Source: Podospora anserina
Lineage: Eukaryota
DNA length: 64,000 bases
Direction of reading: 5' to 3'
Assembly: GCA_017654855.1 (NCBI GenBank)
Contig: JAFMPO010000001.1
Span: 186,001-250,000 of the forward strand
Shown one piece after another: positions 26,153-37,969 of the stretch (its first letter is position 1; every line of letters begins with the position of its first letter). The position numbers and the translations under genes are program-made. The notes under the pieces were generated by a model that was not told where the DNA came from, ran no database searches, and saw nothing but the letters and a program-made list of their open reading frames with translations.

Positions 26153-27587
26153 ATGGATGAAAAAACGTTGTTGAGGAAGAGGCCTTCCGAGGTCTCCATC
26201 GAAGTCCTTGATCCTGAACACTACCACGCACTCGTCAAAGCGATTCGAAACATCCTTTCAACAGAGCTGGCAGAGCTGAGCATAGCACAGCTTATTGATG
26301 GCCTTCCATTGATGATCTCGGTTTTCGAGAGCCGCGGGTGTCTTGTCGGGAAAGGCCATCCATTACTGGAGCACGAGACCCTTTGCGATGGCGCTCTGCA
26401 GCAGGCAAAGCAATTGCGCGACGGATTCGACCCGGCTGTTCTTTCCTTTTCTTCCAAGGTATGTACTTTGTCACGATTGAGATTTGAGACTTGTATGGTG
26501 ATTGAGACCAACATCCCGGACAGATCATGCAAGCATATCAAAGCTCAGAAATCGGGTCTCGAGAATTCAAGATGCGACTGGTGGAACTGACTGCCGTTTC
26601 TATCCACAATATAGCGGTGGCTCTATTTACACATCATCCCAAGCTGCACAGTCAGGAGGACATCGACGCCACTGTGTCCTGGGTCCTTCCGCCTCGGTGG
26701 ATAGAGCACGATGGCCTCAAACCGCGCTGGGAAAAAGACATTGAACCCCACCCGACGCTCTTTTACCATGTAAATTATCTTGATTACGACCGATACACCC
26801 ACGGCCTTGCCGATGTAGCTGGATACTGGGCAGAGGATCGCATATTTGGTGGTGTCGTTCTGTTTGACAGAGGCGAATCCGCATACGAGGTAGGCCCAGC
26901 TTGAGGTGACAGTTCCTAACTATGCCTCAGAACTAACCATCTTTCTAGTGCAACGATATCTACCTTCATTCCGGAAGAGTCAAAGCACCTTCTCGTATTT
27001 GGAAGCTCCTTGACTCTCAGTTCGAGGGCTTAGTTGACTTCCTCATGTCCGCTGATATTAGCACACAAGAACCACCCAAATCTTTTCCCATTCTCGCCAC
27101 CAGAGAGAATCTCCATCGCCACGACGTCTGGGATGCGATTGCTCTGCACAACATTTACAGAGACCCCTGGGAACGCAAGTTCCCTCAAACAAAACCCGAA
27201 GAGTGGAGGGACGTACGGTCAATAGGAGATCACCCAGAGCTGCAGGACGCTTTCGATGCAATCACCAGTTACAAGCCGGAGAAACCGGTGAAAGTCAAAC
27301 TGACATATGACGAGAGGGGATTGCCGGTTGTAACGAAGCGTTCTAGGGACTCGGAGGCCTCAGAAGACGAGCTGTCGCAGGCATCATCCAGCGGCAAGCG
27401 CAGGAGGATTGGAGCGGACAACTCGGGAGAAACACCACCGCAGCAGCTCTCCCCCCCACGCCTGGGCTCTCCACCTCCGTTGGACTCCCCGCCACCTCTC
27501 AGTTCGCCTCCTCGACTCGATTCACCAGAGGCCGTAGAGTTGCCGTCTTCGCCTGGTCGGAGTGGTGCAAGCAAACCGGAGCAGTAG
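26153..27587 (+). CDS. Conserved fungal hypothetical protein (YxHGxADxAGYWAExxIFGGVVLFDRG family), two introns
   Basis: Three exons join in frame through GT-AG introns at about 26459-26524 and 26890-26948. The C-terminus has LxSPP repeats. Confidence 0.75.
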
Positions 27588-28077
27588 ATACGACAAGCAG
27601 GTACAAACATGCATATATTCTTTTCGCTGGATCTAACATAAATACCCTATCCACTGTAATAGTTCAGACTTCATGACTCAAAGTTTCACCGAATGGTTGA
27701 AGTCGCCCAACGCTTGGGAAAGGGGGCTGACGCCATGTGGAGATCTGAAGTTGTGGCTATTACCCTTCAAGCCACCCATCAAGACTGTATCACGGTTAAC
27801 GGTAAATTCGTCTTCTGAATAGGTAGCTTTACCGAGTGAATATTTCTTACAAATCTTACTGGTTACCTAAGGTAGTGAGAAAAAAAGCTTGGACTTTTGT
27901 TCAGAAATATATTTCAGCTTAAATTAAACTGATAACTTGGGCATTTTCTTGGTCAAAAGATCAAAACGCATTCGTATTCTACATGAAGCAATTCAGAAGT
28001 CTCACAGTAGTGCACTATGATTTATCGCTTGAAAGCTTCCAGGGGTAGGTAGGTAGGTACCCGACTTGAGTGGGCAA

Positions 28078-29056
28078 TCAAGTCTCGCAGGCTTGGTCAC
28101 CGCAATCAGGATCGGCATCATCAACACCCTCACGCGGGGCCTGGAACTCCTTCTGGCAGATCAAAGACCAGTACACCTCCTATCAACAATGTCAGTACCG
28201 ATTCTGTTCACAATTCCTCTTTGTATGACCTACCGCTGCGTAATAAGCATAGCTATCAGCATTCACCCTCGCCAACTCCTTAGGCAACCGATCATAAACA
28301 GCAACAAGCCCATAACCTGGCTGTCCATCAGGGTCGTCAACAATAGACCCAAAGGTAGCCCCGATGATCAGGTCATAGTGCAGGTACTCATGCAAGAGCG
28401 TCATGCCAAGGGTGTTGAAGTGCTTTCACCATCCACACATGTTAGCAACAGTCATTACCATCAAAGGCAGGCTCTTCAGCTTCACTCACAAAGCTGACAT
28501 GATCCCCAATATCCCCCCCATCCTCCGCACAACCTGCATAAAAGTCCCTCGCGTCCTCATCTCCACGGTCTTTCCCTTCCAAGTCATTAATCGCCTTCTT
28601 GTTAAACGCCCGAGGACAGATCACGATGAAAGGGCGATCAGTATTATAGTCACCCGAGTATGCCAGTCCACGGTCGCCACAAGCATTGTCAAGATCAGTA
28701 GTCTGCACGAGGTAATTCCCTAGCATTTCATGGCCCTCGCCGTTGTTGTTCAAGTCGCGGAAGATGCGGGTGATTTCTTAGCGATCATCTGGGGAGAAGT
28801 AGTGCTGATAGATGGTCTTGTCGGTTTCAATGACGGAGAGGACGACGGAGGTGAGCTCGATGGCGTCGCGGAAGGCGGTTTCGACTTTGTTGAGACGGTT
28901 GGGGAGGGGGGTTTCGTCTTCGGGGAAGTCCTCGCCGGCGTCGGGTTCTGCTCGTTTGGAGATGACTTTGAGGCCTTGTTTTGGGGTGGTTGGTAGGACG
29001 CTGGCGTGGGCGAGAACCAGACTCGAGGTGAGCAGGAGGGCTTGGAGGGGATGCAT
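28078..29056 (-). pseudogene. Secreted M35/deuterolysin-like metalloprotease with one premature stop
   Basis: Signal peptide plus KR, then LLHEYLH, GYG and NADSY motifs, with two introns. In-frame TAA at 28778-28780 (DDR*EITRIF). Confidence 0.75.
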
Positions 29057-29782
29057 TTCTTTCGTTTAATGCTGAAGAGAGATGTGAGAAGAAAGGAGTG
29101 AGGTGTTTGTGTCTATTCATTGTGCTCTGTTGAAGTAATCGGACAATGGTTTATATACATTGATCTCATTACTGCAAGCATCAACAAAGTGCAGTTATGT
29201 TGGACCTCTACAAGGCTGTTGATCATACACAAAGTCATCTTGCATGGTTCTGTATGACAGGCTGAAACAGGCTTCGGCCCTGGCGGATGTCAGCTTGTGG
29301 TTGAAGACCATAGTCCTCTCTAACTGCGCCGCGTCTCAAGACAGGATGTTCATTGCTTTTCTACCCCGTATTGAAAGAATGGATCCAGGAGGAAGCTGGG
29401 ACGACGTCATGGAAGAGGCTTCCTGAAGCTTTGGGATTTGGCTCGGTGAGATTGCTGGGATGAAAGCCGGTATTCGATCACACAAAATGCGGGGTCTGCT
29501 TGGCTGGTGTATAAAACTGTGCCACGCAAACCGTTCTTCTTTTTTTTGCCTTCCTTTACGCTCTGCCGATGACCCTATTATTTGATTCTCGCCGTCGGCC
29601 TTTTCTTCTGAAGCCAACGGAGACTTTATGAGAACCTATTTCATTGCCGATTTCGCAATATCCTTCCTTTCCAACTCACCGCAGACATCTCAAAGGAATT
29701 GACCGAACGAACTTTAGCTCACCAACCTTTCAACCAACAAATGTCCATCTTCCAGTCCATCAACAACAAAGCATCACCAACC

Positions 29783-30491
29783 ATGTCTTCCCCAACCACC
29801 ACTCCCCCCTCCCCTCCCCCCAAAGTCCACATTAAAATCACCCACACGCCCCCAACCCACTCCTTCACCACCTACTCCCTACCCCCCCCTCCTAACCCTC
29901 ACCATTACCTCCACCGCCCCTCACCCCATCACCCTCTTCACCTGCAACCACCCCTTATCCCTCCCCTCCGCCCTTACCAACCGCACAATCACAATCCACG
30001 CCCTCCCCTCCCGCCAAAAAGTCGAAACCTGCTCCCTCCGCGTAAACCGCCCCGCGATCACGCGCATCAGGGGCGATGCAGACGAGGCATTCTACCTGAC
30101 CCTGTACCCCGACACACCGGTTGAGTTGTCAACCCCGTTTGGGAGAGGTGGTGGTGTGAATAAGGTGCGGCCTGTGCCCAAGGCTGTGGCGGAGAAAGGG
30201 TGGGAGGTGGATGATGAGGGGAGGGAGAGGAAGGTGAGGAGGTCGGTGCAGCCTACGGGGGTGGATGGGTTGGAGCCGGGGGTAGAGTATGAGGTTGGGT
30301 TAGATAGGGAGAGTTTGGAGGGGATGTGGTGGGCTGGCGTGGAAAAGGGGGAGGTTTTGGTTGAGGAGAGGACGGGGAAGCGGAGGTATATGCAGGATTA
30401 TGGTGGGTGGGTTAGGGGGGGTGGGGTTGAGTGGGTTGTTGAGGAGGGGGAGGTCAAGGTTGAGGAGGGGGAGGTCAAGGTTGAGGAGTAG
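29783..30491 (+). CDS. Hypothetical protein with one frameshift in a poly-C run
   Basis: The MSSPTTTPP.. frame switches near 29882-29890 to an open frame LTLTITST...LYPDTPVELSTPFGRGGG that runs to 30491. Confidence 0.55.
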
Positions 30492-31240
30492 AGCGATTTG
30501 TGGACAGGGCGGTTATGGTAGGGTACCTGGTAGCTATCTAGTATTTACCTACTTAACGAATTGTTCTGCCACAAGAACCCCGTAACATGCTCCTTGGTAG
30601 GAGATGCCTTCATGGCCTAATGCTGCGAGGATCAATATACCTACCTACCTATGATACTGTGTTGATAGATTCCTGGCCCTAATTGAATTAAAATTGGATG
30701 GCATGAACACCCGGTACCGTCTATACCTACTCGTTACGAAGTAGGTGGCACATTTTCGACAAAATTTCGTGCCAATAGATTGGGCTCAGCACCTACCTTA
30801 AGGCAGCAACGAGTTTCGGGTGCTCCCTTCCGGCCACACAGCCGCACTGAAGCATTGATTTTACGCTGGCAACTTTCCCAATTCTCTCGTAATTAGGTCT
30901 ACAATCCCTCATTTACGAACAGCTTTGCACCATACAACAAATATTTGAGCCTCTCACAATGTCGGATAGCCCGCAGTGCGAGGTTTGTAGTAAGACTTTA
31001 CAAGTTAGTGTTGTTTTTCTTGGAGACCCAATGGGGGTGGGGACAGTTATATCATGTAAGATCACGCCCATAAGCATACTGGAACCAGAATGTTGAACTT
31101 CGATGCTTTTCTAGTAACAGTTGTTGAAAGAAGCCAGATAGTTGCAAAATAGGGAAAGGCCCCAACAACGCCTTGAGGACTAGTTGTCCTCGCCTTCCGC
31201 TCCGGCCGCCTCTTCCACTTCTAGGTATTCGAACTTAAGC

Positions 31241-31390
31241 TGGTTAATTTGGACATTTCGAAATCAAACACATTTTTTCCAAGCTGAAATTGACAGGGAG
31301 GTAGGGTGGAAGAGGCAGTGCTGCTCCTAACTACACACCCCACCCAAGTCCAAAAGTAGCAATACATTTCCCTTGACCGGGAAGAACAGC
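31241..31390 (+). repeat. Unclassified 150-bp dispersed repeat, unRIPed copy
   Basis: Aligns without gaps to 13311-13460 and partly to 15165-15267. Confidence 0.85.
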
Positions 31391-32328
31391 AATTTGGCCA
31401 TCTTGAACGAGCAGTTCAAAGGGACGAGTGAGTTCCGAGTAGCGATGAAGATATGGCGACATCGGGGATCGGGTCTGAGCTGGTACAGATGCTCCGATAA
31501 GTCTGTCAAGCTCCCCACCTAGGTTTTGGTCCGTTGAAGGTCAGGGGAGGCTGAAAGCGAGAATTAGTACGACTTTTTTCCAACATGACGTTCATGAAAG
31601 CGACCTACCAGAAGTCGTGGAAGCGAGCTCCTAACAAACAATGCAAACTGGGTCCAAGATTCTGAATAGGTTTGACGATGTCGTGAGAGATGTGCGGAGA
31701 AAGAGTCTCGGTGAGCTCAAGCAGGCTGTTTATATGTCCCCGTCAACCTACCAGATTCTCAGACATGTGGCCATCAAATGTCGGAGTGACAATTCTACAA
31801 TCGAAACTGCGGTGACCTGCAGTCCCCATTGCACATGACAAACAAAGGTTCCGACGTGGTCGAACGGCGATGTAGCTAAAGAACATGAAAAAGGCGGTAA
31901 CCCACGTGAGCAACACTGTGGCCGGCTTTCAAGCTTGGTAACAATGGACTCATGGGGTTTGTTGGATTGGTCAAGTTTGGTAAAATATCGGACGGTGTAG
32001 AAGGGAAGAAAAGAGAAAAATTCAATGTTGAACAGTCTCTCGAACATGATGATATCCAGTATGGATCCCTGTCGGGCATGCCCAGAAGTTTCGCGTGAAC
32101 TGACCAAGAATTGACGGGATGCCTTCATGTTGGCACCGGGCAATTGATTTGACCCAAGCTTCGACTGACAGCAATGAAACACTGAAGTATATTCAAATGT
32201 GAAATACAAATGACTTCCCAAAATCAACGGGAGTTTTGTCTTCTCCAAGACCCTTGCCATCCCATCGACATCCAAGCACATGTACCGTATATTTGCAGAC
32301 TTCACATCATGCCGTCATCCACGCACAA

Positions 32329-32790
32329 TCAGCCTTCACAAAACCCTCTTCTGCACCCTTCACATAGGTCTTTCTTGTGAGGCGGCGTTGCTTTTCCGTC
32401 CCTTGAGCTTCGCATTTCCAAGCTGATCCCGGCCCATTTTTTGAGTCGATAACAGACTCGGTCAATGTAGGCAGACTCATCCAACTCCAAACTACCAAAT
32501 TTCTTGCATCGTTCACATCGCTGGTTGAAAATAGTGGCATGATATCCGTTGTTTTCGTAGCCCCGGATCAGAATGGTGACCTTTCCGCTCCTCCAGCCAG
32601 CCTTGGAACATTGAGAATTTTCGCAGGTGAAGTTGGCCATCACAAAGGTGGAGTATTTTTTGGTAAAATTGCTGAGGATTTCACGGCTCCCTCGTTTGAA
32701 GTAAGGTCTTGGCACGAGAATGTTGTTTAAGTTGCCAATGACAGCATTGTGAAGGTGGGGGAATGTCTGCTCGGGGTGGTTGGAGCTCAT
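32329..32790 (-). CDS. zf-3CxxC (RTP-like) zinc-binding domain protein
   Basis: FTCxxxxC..W.S....I, QRCxxC and PPHxxxLCEGCxxGFC patterns. Likely ATG is 32790 (MSSNHP). Confidence 0.88.
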   Translation of the reverse strand: MSSNHPEQTFPHLHNAVIGNLNNILVPRPYFKRGSREILSNFTKKYSTFVMANFTCENSQCSKAGWRSGKVTILIRGYENNGYHATIFNQRCERCKKFGSLELDESAYIDRVCYRLKKWAGISLEMRSSRDGKATPPHKKDLCEGCRRGFCEG

Positions 32791-33438
32791 GGTCGAGTCG
32801 GAACGGGAGGTGTATGGACCGGTAGAGACGTTGCATCCAGTGATCAGTGGAGATGAAAGCAGAAGAAAGAAATCTGATGGCGTCTCCTCCATTTCTGTTA
32901 GACTTAATATATGAACAATATGGATGACGTCGAGTCTTTCAGAAGCACCTCGATAGGTACCTAGGTAGATGCTGCCATCAATGAGCAAACGGCTGGTGGC
33001 AGAGCACACCTCGATTTCACCCAATGAGATGAGATAACAAATTTCACTGTAGGCCTCGATGCATTTCTCCACTGCACTTACCCATAGCTATTGCTCGACC
33101 TCTGTTTGTTGCCAACCTGCTTAGCGCACCATCATTGGTGAAGCAGCTTGCTCTGTGGTTTCTGGCCAGCCAAGAAGTTTGATTTGCCGAACCCAGGTGC
33201 TTGGAATGTGACGCAACGAAGGACATCAGCCAGTCAATCTTGTCACACAAGTCCGCCTCACGGTAGGCCTCAGCAAACACTATGCCTCAATTGCATCCAT
33301 GATTTCGGGTCACGTCTGGCCATGGCCATGATTGTTAAAGGCGCTGGGGGGTTGTTTTTACCAAGGAAGGCCGCCAACTTCTTTGTTTGAACAACAACCC
33401 AACTCTTCACACCGCCTTTTGTTGTAACTTCAGACGAA

Positions 33439-34648
33439 ATGGACAGAGCTGCAAACTGGGAACATGGCGCCTTGACCACAGCTAATCCTGGAGAAACACA
33501 CGTCGTTTCAACCACCATAGAGGACACTGCGCCGGACAACAAGGGCGTCATTATCCCGTACCTACGAGAGAGAGTCCCAGAGTTCCGAAGGCTTGATCGT
33601 CTTCGCCAGCAGGCATGTCATTTTTCTATATTTCTCTTTATCTATATATACAACTCTATCTACCTCAAGACATGATTGACTTACACTGTTCATAAAGGGT
33701 TGGAAGAACCCAGCCGGGGACAGATTCTTCCAGGCCCAACGCTCCAATGCCGACAACATCGGCGACCAACAGTCCTCTCAGTTTCACTTTGGCCTCATGC
33801 AGAGGATTGCCGCCGAGCTTCACAATGCCGCAGATGGTTGCTTCACTACAGTTACCAAGCCTGGCGCGATTCTGGATGTCTGTGCTGCACCAGGTGGCTT
33901 TCTTGCCGCTGCCATGGCCCTAAACGACCCCGACCTTCGAGTACGAGCTTGTACCCTTCCCTTCTCGCAGGGCGGTTACAAGGTTTTGTTGCCTCACGAG
34001 AATAACGATGCCATCGACATCAACTACTGCGACGTCACAATGCTAGCAGAAGATTTCGGCGTGAAGATTGAAGAGATTCCCGCTTCGCACCCCGATCACA
34101 ACAAGTTCATGCCTCGCCAGTTCACGATCGACGAGCAATACGATATCGCAATCTGTGACGGGCACGTCCTCCGCACCCAAGAGAGAGCAAGCTACCGAGA
34201 GAAGCGGGAGTCAATCAGGCTGCAAAACAGTTCTTTTGTGTTGGCCTTGGAGCATTTGCGTCCAGGAGGAACATTCATCGCATTGTTACACAAGATCGAG
34301 ATGTGGAGGATCGCCTGCTTGTTGCAAACAATGTCCAGGTTCTCTGACGTTCGTGTGTACAAGCCAAAGTGTGGCCACGCGAAAAGGTCTTCGTTTTATA
34401 TGATTGCAAAAGATGTTCAAAGTCACTCGAGCGAAGCCAAGGAGGCAATCAAGACGTGGAAGAATATCTGGTATGTGGCTACTTTTGGAACCGATCAAGA
34501 GGTGTATCAGGCTATCAGGGACAGTGGTCCATCTGCTGAAGAACTGCTGGCCGACTTTGGTCCTCAACTCATCACACTGGGGCGTCCGGTTTGGTTGACT
34601 CAAGCCAACGCTCTGGCAAAGGCACCATTCATCAAGAAGCAGAAATAA
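33439..34648 (+). CDS. FtsJ/RrmJ-like SAM-dependent methyltransferase
   Basis: LDVCAAPGGF SAM motif, DIAICDG, LRPGGTF...LHK and RSSFY. A GC-AG intron at 33613-33697 joins the exons in frame. Confidence 0.85.
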
Positions 34649-34715
34649 GGGGGCTTTGTATGCGGTTGGATATTAAAGTACGTACATGATTGCTATGTTT
34701 GGCTAAGATATGACA

Positions 34716-35735
34716 CTACTTCAGCTCTTGTCTCTTGTACAATCCCAAAGACTCAACCATCGGTCTGTCATTAACAGCAAAGAGATACGCACTCCCGCAC
34801 TCTTGCGTGCAAGTATGAGAGATTGTGCTCCACGCCGGAACAGCAAAAGTGTCCTTGCCCTTCCACTGAACCTTCTCCTCCTTTCCCTCCGGCGAGACAA
34901 TAGTCGAGTACCCCTCTCCTTCATACACATGATACACAAATGACACCGTCTCCCTCACCTTCTTGGTGGTGGCCCCGGCGTTGATTCTCTCCGCCTGGCC
35001 AGAAATAGTCTTGGACAGGTGCTTCCCATGCTCCCCGGACTTGTAGTCATACCGCGCATAAGTTTCAGTCTCCTTATTCTCATCCAACACAGCTTGTACC
35101 GGAGCCCAGGGGAGCTTCCAGTTGCTGTTGTCGGACAGCTCACTGGGATATCTAGCCTCCTCGTAGTTCTCGGCAAAGTTCACAGGGAGGAAGCGGTACA
35201 CGGGCAAGTCCAGCCCGTCCAACCACACCATCGGCCCATCACCTTCACTGCCGTGGTCATGCCAGTGCCAAGACGGGGTGAGAATGACATCTCCACGCTC
35301 CATCATCAGCTTCTGCCCCTCCACCGCGGTAAAACCGCGAGATCCCTCGACGATGAACCTCAGGGCAAAGGCCACGTGCCTGTGAGCAGGGGCGGTTTCT
35401 CCTGGCAGGATGAGCTGAAGACCGGCGTAGATGGTGTCGGTGGTGTAGGGTGCCTGCATGGCAGGGTTTACCAGCATGAGCACACGACGCTCTGCCTCCT
35501 CTGCTGAAACGACAATCCCGCTTTGCATGAGCACGGGTCGGAGGTCTTCGTAGGGCCAGGCGGTGACCACCGAGCTGGGGTTTGGCTTCGGTGGAACCAT
35601 CTTGTTGAGGACGGTCCAGAGGGGCTCGACATTCTTGGAGGCGATGTCGGTGTAGAACTGGGCTTCTGTTGAGAGTGTTGAGGGGGTTGAGAGGGTTGAG
35701 CTCTTGGCTCCGGAAACATTGGCGCGGTTTGCCAT
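34716..35735 (-). CDS. Gentisate 1,2-dioxygenase-type bicupin ring-cleavage dioxygenase
   Basis: AERRVL.L.NP, TIYAGLQLILPGETAPAHRH, GDVILTPSWHWHDH and WLDGLD motifs. Confidence 0.92.
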   Translation of the reverse strand: MANRANVSGAKSSTLSTPSTLSTEAQFYTDIASKNVEPLWTVLNKMVPPKPNPSSVVTAWPYEDLRPVLMQSGIVVSAEEAERRVLMLVNPAMQAPYTTDTIYAGLQLILPGETAPAHRHVAFALRFIVEGSRGFTAVEGQKLMMERGDVILTPSWHWHDHGSEGDGPMVWLDGLDLPVYRFLPVNFAENYEEARYPSELSDNSNWKLPWAPVQAVLDENKETETYARYDYKSGEHGKHLSKTISGQAERINAGATTKKVRETVSFVYHVYEGEGYSTIVSPEGKEEKVQWKGKDTFAVPAWSTISHTCTQECGSAYLFAVNDRPMVESLGLYKRQELK

Positions 35736-36078
35736 TGTAAATTGGGTCTTGTTTGGTTGTGTCTCGAGTTGGTGATGATGGTGGGTTGTCGTCGTGAATG
35801 GATATCGCTTCAACATATATTGATCATGGCCTCGCACTATTCTCCTCATATGATCGGCTCCGCTATTGGTCCCATGACCGGAAGTTGTTTGCCGTGTGTA
35901 GATGGGAGATGGGGTTGGAAGCCGCCCAAAATCCGCACACTGTTAACCCGAACCTGGAATGAGGGTCATGTCCACCAAGACACAGAAGAGAAGTAAAGTT
36001 CGTTTTGTTTCTCGAATTCGACGCCGTTTTATTGTTGATGCCATTCATCATTTTGAGTTGCCACTGTTGTTGGTAACA

Positions 36079-36618
36079 ATGGCTGAAGTTGTGAAAGGAT
36101 CTTGCCTCTGTGAAGGCGTCAAATTCACCGTCCAGGGAACCCCTGACGCCATCTTTATCTGCTACTGCTCACACTGCAAGAAGAATGCCGGTGCTCCAGG
36201 TCAAATCGCAAGTTTGAAACCCCCCAGTGACTTCCAAGATCTCATACTAACGATCTCTCAGTCAGCCAAGTTCAAGTGCGAAAATGTGCACGTCTTGGAA
36301 GGAAGCGAGCATATCAATACATGGATTCTGAAAGACAACCTCAGTGGCTGTGAGAAACACAAGAAGTTCTGTTCTCGGTGCGGTTGCACATTGTGGACAA
36401 TTCCTATGAAGCATTCCGGTAGCCATTGGATCGTTCGGACAGCTCTGCTGGAGAATGGGTAAGTAATATCCCGCTGCTATGGCAAGAAGGGTTCAGCTGA
36501 CAGTACTGCTCTCTCCAGGTTCGACAAGTTCCCGTACAAGGCCGAGTTCTTCGCCTCCAGAAAGATGCCAGTTGCGGCAGCTGTGGTCAAGTCGTTCGAC
36601 ACAATGCCAGGTGCTTAA
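36079..36618 (+). CDS. GFA/Mss4-like (CENP-V) zinc protein
   Basis: GSCLC..V, CYCSHCKK and FCSRCG motifs. Introns at 36208-36261 (GC-AG) and about 36459-36518. Confidence 0.88.
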
Positions 36619-36959
36619 TTGGTTTTCAATATATCTTTGTCATCATGTCCGCTTTACGCTACGCTGTGATGTGGTGGTATGTGTTTGGTTCTATCTTCGT
36701 ATCCAGCTTGCCCAACTGTGCACTCATACTTGTCTTTAAAAGTGAAGTTGAAACAACAAAGTAAAAGCATACCACGATCGGTAGGAACCTTGTGTATCTG
36801 ATGCCTGGCACCTTGCAAATGCTATCAGAACGTCGGTATGGCATTTTAAAAACAAGTAGATTTGTGGTGACCACACGGAACGCAGTTCTGTCAGAGAAAC
36901 AATAAAGGCCAAGTTGGTTCCACGGATTTTTACTCAGTCATATTGAACATATGCTACTC

Positions 36960-37969
36960 CTACTCAAAGACCATCTTGTTTTTGACACTGCCCAACTCCT
37001 CAATCTTGACCTCAATAACATCGCCATTCTTGAGCCACTTTGGCTCCTTCATACCCATGGCAACACCCGCAGGTGTGCCCGTCATGATGATGGTGCCAGC
37101 CTCGAGAGTGGTACCCTGGCTGATGAAAGCAACAATCTCCTCAGTGCTGAAAAGGAGATCGTTGGTGTTGGTGTCTTGTCGTACCTCGCCGTTGACAATG
37201 GTCTGAAGCTGGAGGTTGCCGGCGTTGCCAACAATCTTGGGGGAGACAAGCAGAGGGCCGACGGGGGCGAACTTGTCGAAGCCCTTGCTGAAGCACCACT
37301 GTGGGACACCGCCGGCGAAGGCGGGGTCACGCTGCCATTTTCTAGCAGAAACATCGTTGGCAACGACGAAACCAGCAATGTGCTCAAGAGCCTTCTCCTT
37401 GGGGATGTTCTTGCCAGTCTTGCCGATGACGATGGTCAGCTCACCCTCGTAGTCGAGCTGGTCATCTTGGGCAAGTTTTGGGATGGGGATATCCTCCTTG
37501 TAGCCTGCGATGGAAGCGCGTGGCTTGATGAAAATGGAAGGGTATGGAGGAGGCTTGCGGCCACCTTCCTGAACTGTTGAAAATTTCCTGTTAGCAGCAT
37601 AATCTCTGAAATATCCCGTGCGACCTTACTGTGCTTGATGTAGTTGAGTCCGACGCACTTCACAATTGGCACATCCTCAACAGTCAACAGGGGAAGAACT
37701 TCCTGCACCTTGACCACCTCAGATGTTGGTGTGACGTTGAAGGGGCTGCTGCCCTCGAAAACGGTGGCCTCCAGAGTGCCCTTTGCTACAGCCTCATCGA
37801 ACTCGGACACTGATGAGATCTTGGGCTCGCCAAAGCGAGAGTTGCCTGCAGCATCGCGGAAGCGAATGAGACGGCCAAACGACGACATGGTACGTGTGGA
37901 GAATGATGACGAAAACTGTCTGGACAACGATGAGATGGCAATGAATGAGCGACGCAATATTGATGACAT
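36960..37969 (-). CDS. Fumarylacetoacetate-hydrolase family protein (fumarylpyruvate hydrolase-like) with possible mitochondrial presequence
   Basis: CVGLNY..H, FIKP, DYEGEL, GNDVS.R.WQ, KGFD...P.GP and GTPAGV motifs, with one intron. In-frame ATGs at 37969 and 37888. Confidence 0.9.

Noticed and set aside
24384-28780. Premature stops as sexual-stage A-to-I editing targets
   Set aside because: Typical corrected stops are UAG. These are UGA, in a gene that also has a frameshift, and UAA, which needs two edits. Pseudogenisation is simpler.
28044-30650. GGTA/TACC short tandem runs as element target sites
   Set aside because: They are common throughout the intergenic DNA here and no paired boundary could be assigned.
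31400-32320. Several short ORFs between the repeat and the 3CxxC gene
   Set aside because: No recognisable motif or consistent frame; possibly a decayed gene but unsupported.
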